The translations under genes were made by a program, and so were the position numbers. Positions 43,486-57,326 of a stretch of DNA of 64,000 bases are shown piece by piece. Under the pieces are notes generated by a model that searched no databases, had not been told where the DNA came from, and saw only the letters and a list, made by a program, of their open reading frames with translations. Source of the stretch: the human T2T-CHM13v2.0 reference genome, Homo sapiens; NCBI GenBank assembly GCA_009914755.4, contig CP068257.2, positions 6,400,001 through 6,464,000 of the forward strand, written 5' to 3'. How positions within the stretch are numbered: position 1 is the first letter of the stretch; every line of letters starts with the position of its first letter.

Positions 43486-43775
43486 GAAAGGCAGGGAATG
43501 GAATGGTTTGGAACAGAATGGAATTGATTTAACCCGAGTGGAATGGAATGGAATGGTAAGGAATGGAGTGGAATGGAATGGAATGGAATGGAATGCAGTG
43601 GAATAGAATGGAATTGAATCAACCCAAGTGGAAAGGAATGGAATGGAATGGAATGGAATGGAATAGAATGGAACTGAATCAACCTGAGTGGATTGGAATG
43701 GAATGGAATGGAATGGAATGTAATGTAATGTAATGTAATGTAATGTAATGTAATGTAATGTAATGTAATGTAATG
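43486..43775 (+). repeat. Local ~290 bp tandem duplication, copy 1 (begins ggaaaggcagggaatggaatggtttggaacagaatggaattgatttaacccgagtgg)
   Basis: The same approximately 60 bp leader and downstream sequence re-start at 43776. The copies differ by GGAAT-unit indels and by the 3' (TAATG)n run. Confidence 0.8.
43721..43775 (+). repeat. Variant pentamer micro-array (TAATG)11 [= (GTAAT)n], a G>T derivative of GGAAT
   Basis: Direct reading: taatgtaatg x5.5 = 55 bp of perfect TAATG units, flanked by GGAATGG repeats. Confidence 0.95.
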
Positions 43776-44010
43776 GAAAGGCAGGGAATGGAATGGTTTG
43801 GAACAGAATGGAATTGATTTAACCCGAGTGGAATGGAATGGAATGGTAAGGAATGGAGTGGAATGGAATGGAATGGAATGCAGTGGAATAGAATGGAATT
43901 GAATCAACCCAAATGGAAAGGAATGGAATGGAATGGAATAGAATGGAATTGAAACAACCTGAGTGGATTGGAATGGAATGGAATGGAATGGAATGGAATG
44001 GAATGAAATG
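43776..44010 (+). repeat. Local ~290 bp tandem duplication, copy 2 (partial; lacks the TAATG run)
   Basis: As above. Confidence 0.7.
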
Positions 44011-44394
44011 GAATGGAATGGAATGGAATGGAATCAAAGCGAGTGGAGTGGAATTGAATGGAATGGAATGGAATGGAAAGGAATGGAATCAAATGGAATA
44101 GAATGGAATTGAATCAACACAAGTGGAAGGGAAGAGAATGGAATGGAACGGAATAGAATGGAATGGGATGGAATGGAATAGAATGGAATGGAATAGAATG
44201 GAATTGAATCAACCCGAGTGGAATGGAATGGAATGGAATGCAGTGGCGTGGAATGGAATGGCATGTAATGAAATGGAATAGAAGGGAATTGAATCAACCC
44301 GAGTATAAAGGAATATAATGCAATGCAATGGCAATGAATGGAATTGCAGGTAATGGAATGGAATAGAGTGGAATTGAATCACCCCGAGTGGAAT

Positions 44395-46905
44395 GGAATG
44401 GAATGGAATGGAATGGAATGGAATGGAATGGAATGGAATGGAAAGGAATGGAGTGGAATGGAATTTAAAGGAATGGAATGGAAAGGAAAGGAATGGAAAG
44501 GAATGGAGTGGAATGGAATTTAAAGGAATGGAATGGAAAGGAAAGGAATGGAAAGGAATGGAATGGAATGCAAACAACCCGAATGGAATGGAATGGAATG
44601 GAATGGAATGGAATGTAAAAGAATGGATTGAAATGCAATAGAAAGGAATTGAAACAACCCGAGTGGAATGGAATGGAAAGGAATGGAATGGAATTGAAGT
44701 AATGTGAGTGGAATGGAATGGAATTGAAGTAATGTGAGTGGAATGGAATGGAATGGAATAGAATGGAATTGAATCAACCAGAGTTGAGTGGAATGGAATG
44801 GAATGGAATGGAATGAAATGGAAAGGAATGGAATGGAATGGAATGGAATGGAATGGAACTGAATCAACCCGAGTGGAATGGAATGTAATGAAATGGAATG
44901 AAATGAAATGTAATGTAATGGAATGGAATGGAATGGAATGGAATGGAATGGAATGGGACGGAATAGATTGGAAATGAATCAACACCAGTGGAATGGAATG
45001 GAATGGAATGGAATGGAATGGAATGGATTGGAGTGGAATGGAATAGAATGCAATTGAATCAACACGAGTACAATGGAATGGAAATGAATGGAATGGAATG
45101 GAAAGGAATGGAATGGAATGGAATGCAATGGAATAGAATGGAATGGAATGGAGTGGAATTGAAACAAACCGAGTGGAACGGAATTGAATTGAATGGAATA
45201 GGGTGGAACTGAATCATACGGATGGGAATGGAATGGAATGGAATGGAGTGGAATGGAATGGAATGGAATGGAATGGAGTGGAATGGAATGGAATGGAATG
45301 GAATGGAATAGAATGGAATGGAATGGAAGAGAAAGGAATTGAATCAACCAGAGTGGAATGGAATGTAGTGGAATGCAATGGAATGGAATGGAAAGGAATG
45401 GAATGGAGTGGAGTAGATGATTGGATTTGGAACAAACCGAGTGGAACACAATGAAACGGAATGGAATAGAATTGAATTGAAAAAAACCGAATGGAATGGA
45501 ATGCAATGGAATGGAATAGAATGGAATAGAATAGAATGGAAATGAATCAACCCATGTGGAATGGAATGGAATGGATTGGAATGAAATGGAATGGAATGGA
45601 ATGGTTTGGAATAGAATGTAATAGAATTCAGTTGAATCAACACGATTGGAATGGAATGGAATGGAATGGATCAGAATGCAATTGAATCAACCAGAGAGGA
45701 ATGGAATGGAATGGAATGCAATGGAATGGAATGAAACGGAATGAATCAACACGAGTGGAATGGAATGGAATGGAATGGAATGGAATGGAATGGAATAGGA
45801 TAGAATGGAAATGAATCAACCCATGTGGAATCGAATGGAATGGATTGGAATGAAATGGAATGGAATTGAATGGATTGGAGTAGAATGTAATAGAATTCAG
45901 TTGAATCAACACGATTGGAATGGAAAGGAATGGAATGGAATGGAATGGATCAGAATGCAATTTAATCAAACTGAGAGGAATGGAATGGAATGCAATTAAA
46001 TGGAATGGAATGGAATGGAATGGAAGTGAAAGGAATGGAGTGAAGTGCAATAGAATAGAATTGAATCAACGTAGGGGAATGGAATGGAATGGAATGGAAA
46101 GGAATGGAATGGATTCGAATGGAATGGAATGGAATGGAATTATATGCAATAGAATGGAATGGAATGGAATGAAAACGAATTTAATGGAATGGAATGGAAA
46201 GGAATCTAATAGAATTGAATTGAATCAACCCCAGTGGAGAGGAATGGTATTTAATGGAATGGAATGGAATGGAATGGAATGAAATGGAATGGAGTAGTAT
46301 GGAATTGAATCAACCCGAGTGGAATGGAATGGAATTGAATGGAATGGAATTGAATGGAGTAGAGTGGAATTGAAACAAACCGAGTGGAACGGAATTGAAA
46401 GGAATGGAATAGAATGGAATTGAAACAAGCCGAGTGGAATGGAATGGAACGGAATGGAATGGAATGCAATAGCATGGAATGGAATGGAATGGAATATAAT
46501 GGAATGGAATGGAATAGAAAGGCATTGAATTAACCCGAGTGGAATGGAATGGAATGGAATGGAACGGAATGGAATGGAATGGAATAGAATGGAGTAGAAT
46601 GGAATTGAAACAAACCGAGTGGAACGGAATTGAATGGAATGGAATAGAATTGAATTGAATCAAATCGAGTGGAATGGAATGAAATGGAATGGAATGGAAT
46701 GGAATGGAATGGAATAGAATGGAATGGAATGGAATGGAATGAAATAGAATGGAATGGAGTCAACACATGTGGAATGGAATGGAATGGAATGCTTTGGAAT
46801 TCAATGGATTTGAGTGGAATGAAATAGAATGCAGTTGAATCAACACGAGCAGAATGAAATGGAATGGAATGGTATGGAATGGAAGAGAATGCAAATGAAT
46901 CAACC
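44395..46905 (+). repeat. Higher-order repeat unit copy 1 (2511 bp) of a near-identical tandem duplication
   Basis: Every ORF-track entry in this interval reappears with an identical translation exactly 2511 bp downstream. Examples are 44979-45506 = 47490-48017, 45637-46050 = 48148-48561, and 46530-46766 = 49041-49277. The sequence diverges from the partner immediately upstream of 44395. Confidence 0.9.
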
Positions 46906-49416
46906 TGAGTGGAATGGAATGGAATGGAATGGAATGGAATGGAATGGAATGGAAAGGAATGGAGTGGAATGGAATTTAAAGGAATGGAATGGAAAGGAAA
47001 GGAATGGAAAGGAATGGAGTGGAATGGAATTTAAAGGAATGGAATGGAAAGGAAAGGAATGGAAAGGAATGGAATGGAATGCAAACAACCCGAATGGAAT
47101 GGAATGGAATGGAATGGAATGGAATGTAAAAGAATGGATTGAAATGCAATAGAAAGGAATTGAAACAACCCGAGTGGAATGGAATGGAAAGGAATGGAAT
47201 GGAATTGAAGTAATGTGAGTGGAATGGAATGGAATTGAAGTAATGTGAGTGGAATGGAATGGAATGGAATAGAATGGAATTGAATCAACCAGAGTTGAGT
47301 GGAATGGAATGGAATGGAATGGAATGAAATGGAAAGGAATGGAATGGAATGGAATGGAATGGAATGGAACTGAATCAACCCGAGTGGAATGGAATGTAAT
47401 GAAATGGAATGAAATGAAATGTAATGTAATGGAATGGAATGGAATGGAATGGAATGGAATGGAATGGGACGGAATAGATTGGAAATGAATCAACACCAGT
47501 GGAATGGAATGGAATGGAATGGAATGGAATGGAATGGATTGGAGTGGAATGGAATAGAATGCAATTGAATCAACACGAGTACAATGGAATGGAAATGAAT
47601 GGAATGGAATGGAAAGGAATGGAATGGAATGGAATGCAATGGAATAGAATGGAATGGAATGGAGTGGAATTGAAACAAACCGAGTGGAACGGAATTGAAT
47701 TGAATGGAATAGGGTGGAACTGAATCATACGGATGGGAATGGAATGGAATGGAATGGAGTGGAATGGAATGGAATGGAATGGAATGGAGTGGAATGGAAT
47801 GGAATGGAATGGAATGGAATAGAATGGAATGGAATGGAAGAGAAAGGAATTGAATCAACCAGAGTGGAATGGAATGTAGTGGAATGCAATGGAATGGAAT
47901 GGAAAGGAATGGAATGGAGTGGAGTAGATGATTGGATTTGGAACAAACCGAGTGGAACACAATGAAACGGAATGGAATAGAATTGAATTGAAAAAAACCG
48001 AATGGAATGGAATGCAATGGAATGGAATAGAATGGAATAGAATAGAATGGAAATGAATCAACCCATGTGGAATGGAATGGAATGGATTGGAATGAAATGG
48101 AATGGAATGGAATGGTTTGGAATAGAATGTAATAGAATTCAGTTGAATCAACACGATTGGAATGGAATGGAATGGAATGGATCAGAATGCAATTGAATCA
48201 ACCAGAGAGGAATGGAATGGAATGGAATGCAATGGAATGGAATGAAACGGAATGAATCAACACGAGTGGAATGGAATGGAATGGAATGGAATGGAATGGA
48301 ATGGAATAGGATAGAATGGAAATGAATCAACCCATGTGGAATCGAATGGAATGGATTGGAATGAAATGGAATGGAATTGAATGGATTGGAGTAGAATGTA
48401 ATAGAATTCAGTTGAATCAACACGATTGGAATGGAAAGGAATGGAATGGAATGGAATGGATCAGAATGCAATTTAATCAAACTGAGAGGAATGGAATGGA
48501 ATGCAATTAAATGGAATGGAATGGAATGGAATGGAAGTGAAAGGAATGGAGTGAAGTGCAATAGAATAGAATTGAATCAACGTAGGGGAATGGAATGGAA
48601 TGGAATGGAAAGGAATGGAATGGATTCGAATGGAATGGAATGGAATGGAATTATATGCAATAGAATGGAATGGAATGGAATGAAAACGAATTTAATGGAA
48701 TGGAATGGAAAGGAATCTAATAGAATTGAATTGAATCAACCCCAGTGGAGAGGAATGGTATTTAATGGAATGGAATGGAATGGAATGGAATGAAATGGAA
48801 TGGAGTAGTATGGAATTGAATCAACCCGAGTGGAATGGAATGGAATTGAATGGAATGGAATTGAATGGAGTAGAGTGGAATTGAAACAAACCGAGTGGAA
48901 CGGAATTGAAAGGAATGGAATAGAATGGAATTGAAACAAGCCGAGTGGAATGGAATGGAACGGAATGGAATGGAATGCAATAGCATGGAATGGAATGGAA
49001 TGGAATATAATGGAATGGAATGGAATAGAAAGGCATTGAATTAACCCGAGTGGAATGGAATGGAATGGAATGGAACGGAATGGAATGGAATGGAATAGAA
49101 TGGAGTAGAATGGAATTGAAACAAACCGAGTGGAACGGAATTGAATGGAATGGAATAGAATTGAATTGAATCAAATCGAGTGGAATGGAATGAAATGGAA
49201 TGGAATGGAATGGAATGGAATGGAATAGAATGGAATGGAATGGAATGGAATGAAATAGAATGGAATGGAGTCAACACATGTGGAATGGAATGGAATGGAA
49301 TGCTTTGGAATTCAATGGATTTGAGTGGAATGAAATAGAATGCAGTTGAATCAACACGAGCAGAATGAAATGGAATGGAATGGTATGGAATGGAAGAGAA
49401 TGCAAATGAATCAACC
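46906..49416 (+). repeat. Higher-order repeat unit copy 2 (2511 bp), ~100% identical to 44395-46905
   Basis: Same as above. The match runs slightly past 49416 into shared simple GGAAT repeats. It diverges at about 49455 (tggaaaggaatggagtgg versus gagaatggaatgg). Confidence 0.9.
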
Positions 49417-52400
49417 TGAGTGGAATGGAATGGAATGGAATGGAATGGAATGGAATGGAAGAGAATGGAATGGAATAGAATGGAATTGAATCAAACTGAG
49501 TGGAATGGAACGGAATGGAATGGAAAGGAATGGAATGGAAAGGAATGGAATGGAATGGAACAGAATGAAATAGAATGGAATAGAATCAACCCAACTGGAA
49601 TGGAATGGAATGGAATGGAATGGAATGGAATGGAATAGAAGGAAATGGAATGGAATGGAATGGAATGGATTGGAAAGGAATGGAACGGAATGGAATTGAA
49701 TGGAATACAATAGAATGAAATGAAATCCCCTCGAGTGGAATGGAATGGTATGGAATGGAGTGAAATGCAATAGAAAGGATTTGAACAAACACGAGTGGAG
49801 TGGAGTTTAATGGAGTGGAATGGAATGGAATGGAGTGGAATTCGGTCAACCCGAGTGTAATGGAATGCAATTGATTACCCGAGTGGAATGGAATGGAATG
49901 GAATGGAATGGAATGGAATGGAATAGAATGGAAATTATTCAACCAGTGTGGAATGGAATGGAAAGAAATGGAATGGAATGGAGTGCAGTGGAATGGAATA
50001 GAATGGAATTGAATCAAACCGAGTGGAACGAAATGGATTGGAATGGAATGGAATGGAATGGAATGGAATGGAATGGAATGGAATCAACACGAGTGGAATG
50101 GAATGGAATGACAGGGAATGGAATGGAATGGAGTGGATTGGAATGGAATAGAATTGAACTGATTTAACCTGAGTTGAATGGAACGGAATGGTATGCAATG
50201 GAATAGAATGCAATGGAATGAAATGGTATGGAATGGAAGAGAATGGAATTGAACCAACACGAGTGGAATGGAATGGAATGGATTGGAATGGAATAGAATG
50301 GAATTGAATCAACACGAGTGGAATGGATTGGAATGGAATGGAATAGAATGGAATGGAATGGAAAGAAATCAACCAGAGTGGTATGGAATGGAATGGAATG
50401 GAATGGAATGGAATGGAATCAACCCGAGTGGAATGCAATGGAATGGAATGGAATGGAATGGAATGGAATAGAATGAAATAAAATTGAATTGAATCAACCC
50501 GAGTGGAATGGGATGGAAAGGAATGGAATGGAAAGGAATCAACCAGAGTGGAATGGAATGCAATAGAATGGAATGGAATGGAGTAGAAAGGAATTGAATC
50601 AACCCGAGTGGGAAGGAATGGAATGGAATGGAATGGAATGGAATGGAATGGAATGGAATGGTATGGAATCAACGCTTGTGGAATGGAAATGAAAAGGAAT
50701 GGAATGGAATGGAGTAGAAAGGAATTGAATCAACCAGAGTGGAATGGAATGGAATGCAATGGAATGGAATGGAATGGATTCACCCCAAGTGGAATGGAAT
50801 TGAATGGAGTGGAAATGAATGGAATTTAAAGGAATTCAATAGAATTGAATTGAATCAACCCATGTGGAATGGAATGGAGTGGAAAGGAATGTAATGTTAT
50901 TGAATGGAGTGGAATGGAATAGAAAGTTATTGAATCAACCTGAGTGGAAAGGAATGGAATGGAATGGAATGGAATAATATGGAATTGAAACAACTGGACT
51001 GGAACGGAAAGGAAGGGAATGGAACTGAACGGAACGGAATGGAATGGAATGGAATGGAAGAGAGAGGATTTTATCAACCAGAGTGGAAGGGAATGGAATG
51101 AAATCCAATGGAATGGACTGGAATCAAACCGAGTGGAATGGAATGGAAAGGAACGGAATGGAATGGAAAGGAATGGAATGGCATCGAATGGAATGGAATA
51201 GAAAGGAATTGATTCAACCAGAGTGGAGTGGAATGGAATGGAATGGAATGGAATAGAGTGGAATGGAATGGAATGGAATGGAATAGAATGGAATAGAATG
51301 GAATGGAATAGAATGGAGTTTAATCAACCCGAGTGGAATGGAATGGACCGGAATTGAATTGAACAGATTGGAATGAAATGGAATTGAATAGAATGGAATT
51401 GAATCAAACCACGTGGAATGGAATCGAATGAAATGGAATGGATTGGTATGGAACAGAAGGGAGTGGAGTGGAATAGAGTGGAATTGAATCAACCAGAGTG
51501 GAGTGGAATGGAATGGAATGGAATGGAATAGAATGGAATGTGATAGAATGGATTTGAATCAGTCATAGTGGATTGGAATGGAATGGAAATGAATGGAATA
51601 GAATGGAATGGAATGGAATGGAATTTAATAAATGGAATTGAATCAAACCGAGTAGAATGGAATGGAATGGAATGGAATGGAATGGAAGGGAATGGAATGG
51701 AATGGAATGGAGTGGAATGCAATGGAATGGAATGGAATGGGAGAGAATGGAATTGAATCACCCCGAGTGGAATGGAATGGAATGGAATGGAATGGAATGG
51801 AATGGAATGGAATGGAGTAGTACGGAATTGAATCAACCCGAGTGGAATGTAATGGAATGGAATGGAACGGAACGGAATGGAATGGAATGGAATGGAATGG
51901 AATGCAATTTAATGGAATCAACCCGAGTGGAGTGGAATGGGTTGCAATAGAATGGAATGGAATGGAATGGAATGGAATAGAATAGAATTGAATCAACCCA
52001 AGTGGAGTGGAAGGGAATGGAATGGAATGGATTGGAATTCAATGGAATGGAATGGAATGGAATAGAATGGAATTGAATCAACTGGAGTGGAATAGAATGG
52101 AATGGAATGGAATATGATATAATGGAATGGAATCAACCCGAGTGGAATGGAATGAAAGGAATTGAATGGAATTGAAGGGAATGGAATGGAATTGAATACA
52201 ATGGAATTGAATGAAGCCGAGTGGAATGGAATGGAATGGAATGGAATAGAGTGAGTCTGAATCAATCCGATTGGATTGGAAAGGAATGGAATAGAAGGGA
52301 ATGGAATAGCATGGAATTGATTTAACCCGAGTGGAATGGAATGGATTGGAATGGAATGGAATGGAATGGAATGGAAAGGATTCCACCCGAGTGGAATGGA

Positions 52401-54504
52401 ATGGAGTGGAACGGAATGGAATGGAATGAACGAGAGATGAATGGAATGGAATAGAATGGAATAGAATAGAATAGAACAACAAAAGTGGAATGGAATGGAA
52501 TGAAATGGAATGGAATGGAATCAACCCGAGTGGAATGGAACGGAACGGAATGGAATGGAATGAAATGGAATCGAATGGAATGGAATCAACCCGAGTGGAA
52601 TGGAATGGAATCAACGCATGTGCAACGGAATGGAATGGAATGGAATGGAATGGAATCAACCCGAGTGGAATGTAATGGAATGTAATGGAATAGAATGGAA
52701 TGGAAGGAAATGGTATTGAATGAAATCAAACCGAGTGGAATGGAAGGAAAAGGAATGGAATGGAATGGAATAGAATGGAATTCAGTCAACCCGAGTGGAA
52801 TGGAATCGAATGAAATGGAATGGAATGGAAAGGAATCAACCCGAGTGAAATGCAATGGAATGGAATTGAACGGAATTGAATCAAACCGAGAGGAGTGTAA
52901 TGGAATGCAATGGAATGGAATCGAAAGGAATGGAATAGAATGGAATTGAATCAAACCAAGTGGAGTGGAATAGAATGGAATAGAATGGATTGGAATAGAA
53001 AAGATTGGAATGGAATGGAATGGAATGGAATGTAAAGGAATGGGATTGAATAAGCCGAAGTGGAATAGAATGGAATGGAATGGAATGGAATGGAATGAAA
53101 TATAAAGGAATTGAATCAACCCGAGTGGAACCGAATGGAATGGAAAGGAAAGGAATGGAATGGAATGGAATGGAGTGGAATGGAACAGAATGGAATGGAA
53201 TCAACCAGAGTGGAATGGAGTGGAATGGAATCAATAGAATGGAGTGGAATGGTAGGAATGCAATAGAATGGAATGGAATCAACTCGACTGGAATATAAAG
53301 GAATTGAGTGGAATGCAATAGAATGGAATGGAATCCACTCGAGTGGAGTGGAATGGTATGGAATGGAGTGAAATGCTTTAGAACGGATTTGAATCAACCC
53401 GAGTGGAGTGGAGTGGAATGGAATGGAATGGTATGGAATGGAAGGGATAGAATGGAATGGAATTGAATCGACCCAAGTGGAATGGAATAGAATGGAATGG
53501 AATGGATAGAAATGGAATGGAGTGTAATAGAATGGAATGGAATGGAATGCAATGGAATTCAAAAGAATGGAATTGAATCAACCCGTGTGGAATGGAATGG
53601 AATGGAATGGAATGGAATGGAATGGAATGGAATGGAGTGGAGTGGAATGGAATAGAAATTTATTGAATCAACCCAATTGGAATGGAATGGAATAGAGTGG
53701 AATTGAATCAACCACAGTGGAAAGGAATGCAATGGAATGGAATGGAATGGAATGGAATGGAATGGAATGGAATGGCATTGAATGAAATGGAATGGAATCG
53801 ATTGGAATGGAATGGAATCAACATCAGTGGAATGGAATGCAAAAGAATGGAATCGAACAGAATGCAATCAACACGAGTGGAATGGAATGGAATGGGATGG
53901 AGTGGAATGTAATACAATTGAACGGAATGGAAAGGAATAGAATGAAATGGAATGGAATGGAATAAAATGGAATGGAATGGAATGGAATTTAATCAAACCG
54001 AGTGTAATGGAAAGGAAGGGAATGGAATGGAATGGAATGGAATGCAAAGGAATGGAATGGAATGGAATTATACCGAGTGGAAATGATTGGAATGGAATGC
54101 AATAGAATAGAATGGAATGGAGTGGAATCAACCCGAATGGAATGGAACGGCATGCAATGGAATGAAATCAACCCGAGTGGAATGGAATGGATTGGAATAG
54201 TATGGAATGGAATGAACACGTGTGGAATGGAATGGAATGAAATGGAGTGGAGTGTAATGGAATGGAATGGAAAGGAATCCACACGAGTGGAAGGGAATAG
54301 ATTGGAATGGAGTGGAAGGGAAGGAAATGGAATGGAGTGGATTGGAATGGAATGAAATGGAATGGAACGGAATGGACTGGATTGGAATCAATCAAAGTGG
54401 AATGGAATGGAAGGGAATGGAATGGAATGGAATGGAAGCAACCAGAGTGGAATGGGATAGAATGGAATGGAATGCAATGGGTTGGAATGGAATGGAATGG
54501 AACG

Positions 54505-57326
54505 GAATGCAATGGAATGGAATTAACCCGAATGGAATGGAATGGAAAGCAATGGAAACGAATAGAATGGAACCAACACGAGTGGAGTGGAATGGAATGG
54601 AATGGAATGGAATGGAATGGAATGGAATGGAATGCATTGGAATTGAACCTACCTGTGTGGAATGGAAGGGAATGGAAAGGAATGGAATATAATGGAAACA
54701 ACACGAGTGGCATGGAATGGAATGGAAAGGAATCTAATGGAACGGAATGGAATGGAATGGAATCAACCAGAGTGGAATGGAAAGGAAGGGAATGGAATGG
54801 AATGGAATGGAACAGAAGCAACCCGATTGGAATGGAAAGGAAGGGATTGGAATGGAATAGAATGGAAAGGAATGGAAAGGAAAGGAATGGAATGGAACGG
54901 AAATAACCCTTGTAATTGAATGGAATGGAATGGAATGGAATCAACGCGAGTGCAATGGAATGGAATGGAATGGAATGGAATGGAATGGAATGGAATGGAA
55001 TGGAAAGGAATCGAATGGAAAGGAATCAACATGAGTGGAATGGAATGGAATGGAATGGAATGGAATGGAATGGACTGGAATGGAAAGGAATGGAATGGAA
55101 TGGAATGGAAACAACACGAGTGGCATGAAATGGAATGGAATGGAATGGAATGGAATCAAACCGAGAGAATTGGAATGGAATGGAATGGCATTGAATGGCA
55201 TGGAACGAATTGGAATGGAATGGATTGGAATGAACCCTATTCGAATTGAATGGAAGGGAAAGGAATGGAGTGGAATGGAATGTCATGGAATGGAAAGGAA
55301 TGTATTGGAATGGAATGGAAATAACCCGAGTGGAATGGAATGGAATGGAAGGCAATGGAATGGAATGGAATGGAAAGGAAAGGAATGGAATGGAATGGAA
55401 CCAAGCCGAGTGGAATATAGTGGAATGGAATGGAATGGAATGGAATGGAATGGAATGGAATGGAATGGAATGGCATGGAATCAAGACGAGTGGAATTGAA
55501 TAGAATGGAATGGTATGGAATGGAATGGAGTAGAATGGAATTGGATCAGCCTGTGTGGAATGTAATTGAATGGAATGGAATGGAATGGAATGGCATCTAC
55601 CCGACTGGAATGCAATGGAATGGAAAGGAATGGAATGGAATGCAATGGAATGGAATTGAATGGAAACAACCCGAGTGGAATGGAAAGGAAAGGAATGGAA
55701 TGGAATGGAATTTAATCAACCCGAGTGGAATGGAATGGAATGGAATAGAAGCAACACCAGTGGAATGGAATGTAACAGAATGAAATGGATTCCAATGGAA
55801 TGGAATCAAACGAGGTGGAATGGAATGGAAGGAAATTGAATGGAATGGAATGGAATAGAAGCAACCCGAGTGGAATGGAATTGAAGGGAATGGAATGGAA
55901 TGGAATGAAATCGAATGGAATGGAATGGAAATAACCTGAGGAGCATTGAATGGAATGGAATGGAATGGAATCAACCCGAGTGGAATGGAATGGAATGGAA
56001 TGGAATGGAATGGAATGGAATGGAATGGAATGGAATTGAATGGAATGGATTGGAATGGAATGGAATTGAATTGAATCAATGCGAGTGGGATGGAATGGAA
56101 TGAAATGGAATCTCTTTGAATGCAATGGAAAGGAATGGAATCAACAAGAGTGTAATGGAATGGAATGGAATGTATTGGAATGGGAGCAACCCGATTTGAA
56201 TGGAATGAAATGGAACGGAATGGAAAAAACCCGAGAGGAAACGAATGGAAAGGAAGGGCATAGAATGGAATGGAATGAAATGGAATGGAATTAAATGGAA
56301 TTTAATAAAAACCGAGCGGAATGGAATGGAAGGGAATGGAATGGAATGGAATGCAATGGAAAGGAATGGAATGGAATGAAATTAACCCCAGTGGAATTCA
56401 ATGGAATGGAATCAGCCCAAGAGGAATGGAATAGAATGGAATGGAAAGGGATCAACCAGAGTGGAATGCAATGTAATGTAATGTAACGTAATGTAATGGA
56501 GTCAAAATGTGTGGAATGGAATGGCATGGAATGGAATAGAGTGGAATGGAATGTAATGGAATGTAATGGAGCGGAATCAAGCAGAATGGAATGGAATGGA
56601 ATGGAATGGAATGGAATGGAATGGAATAGAAGTAACTGGAGTGGAATGGAATGGAAGGGAATAGAATGGAAGGGAAGGGAATAGAATGGAATGGAATGGA
56701 ATGGAATGGAATGGAATTTAACGGAATGGAATACAATGGAATGCAATGGCATGGAATGAACACGATTGGGAAGGAATGCAATGGAATGGGAGGGAATGGA
56801 ATGTAATTGAATCAACCCGAGTGGAATGAAATAGAATGGAAAGGATTGGAATAGAATGTAATCGACCGGAGTGGAGTGGAATGGAATGGAATGGAATGGA
56901 ATGGAAAGGAATACAATGGAATGGGAGCAACCCGAGTGGAATGGAATGAAATGGAATGGAAGGAAATGGAATGGAATGGAATGGAATCCACCCAACTGGA
57001 ATGGAATGGAATGCAATTGAATGGAATGGAATGGAATGGAATGGAACGGAACGGAATGGAATGGAATGGAATGGAATTGAATCAACCCGAGTGGAATGAA
57101 GTTAAATGGAATGGAATGGAAAGGATTGGAATGGAATTCAATCAACCCGAGTGGAGTGGAATGGAATGGAATGGAATGCAATGGAATGGGAGCAACCCGA
57201 GTGGAATGGAATGGAATGAAACGGAATGGAATGGAATCCACCCAACTGGAATGGAATGGAATGGAATGGAATGGAATGGAATGGAATGGAGTGGAATGGA
57301 ATCACACGAGTGGAATGGAATGGAAT
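54505..57326 (+). repeat. Higher-order repeat unit copy A (~2.82 kb) of a second tandem duplication
   Basis: ORF translations recur downstream at offsets of 2823, then 2818, then 2813 bp. Examples are 54662-54919 = 57485-57742, 55026-55484 ~ 57844-58302, and 56079-56294 = 58892-59107. The offset changes correspond to whole GGAAT-unit indels, for example one fewer GGAAT in the partner copy at about 57781-57830 than at 54961-55015. The start is defined by shared gaatggaatggaattaacccgaatgg at 54505/57327. Confidence 0.85.

Noticed and set aside
44395-49416. Interpreting the 100%-identical 2511 bp pair as a biologically special element, such as a recently inserted mobile element with TSDs
   Set aside because: The unit is itself ordinary HSat3 sequence. 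The junctions fall within simple GGAAT repeats without target-site duplications or terminal structures. Unequal exchange or assembly duplication is the economical explanation.
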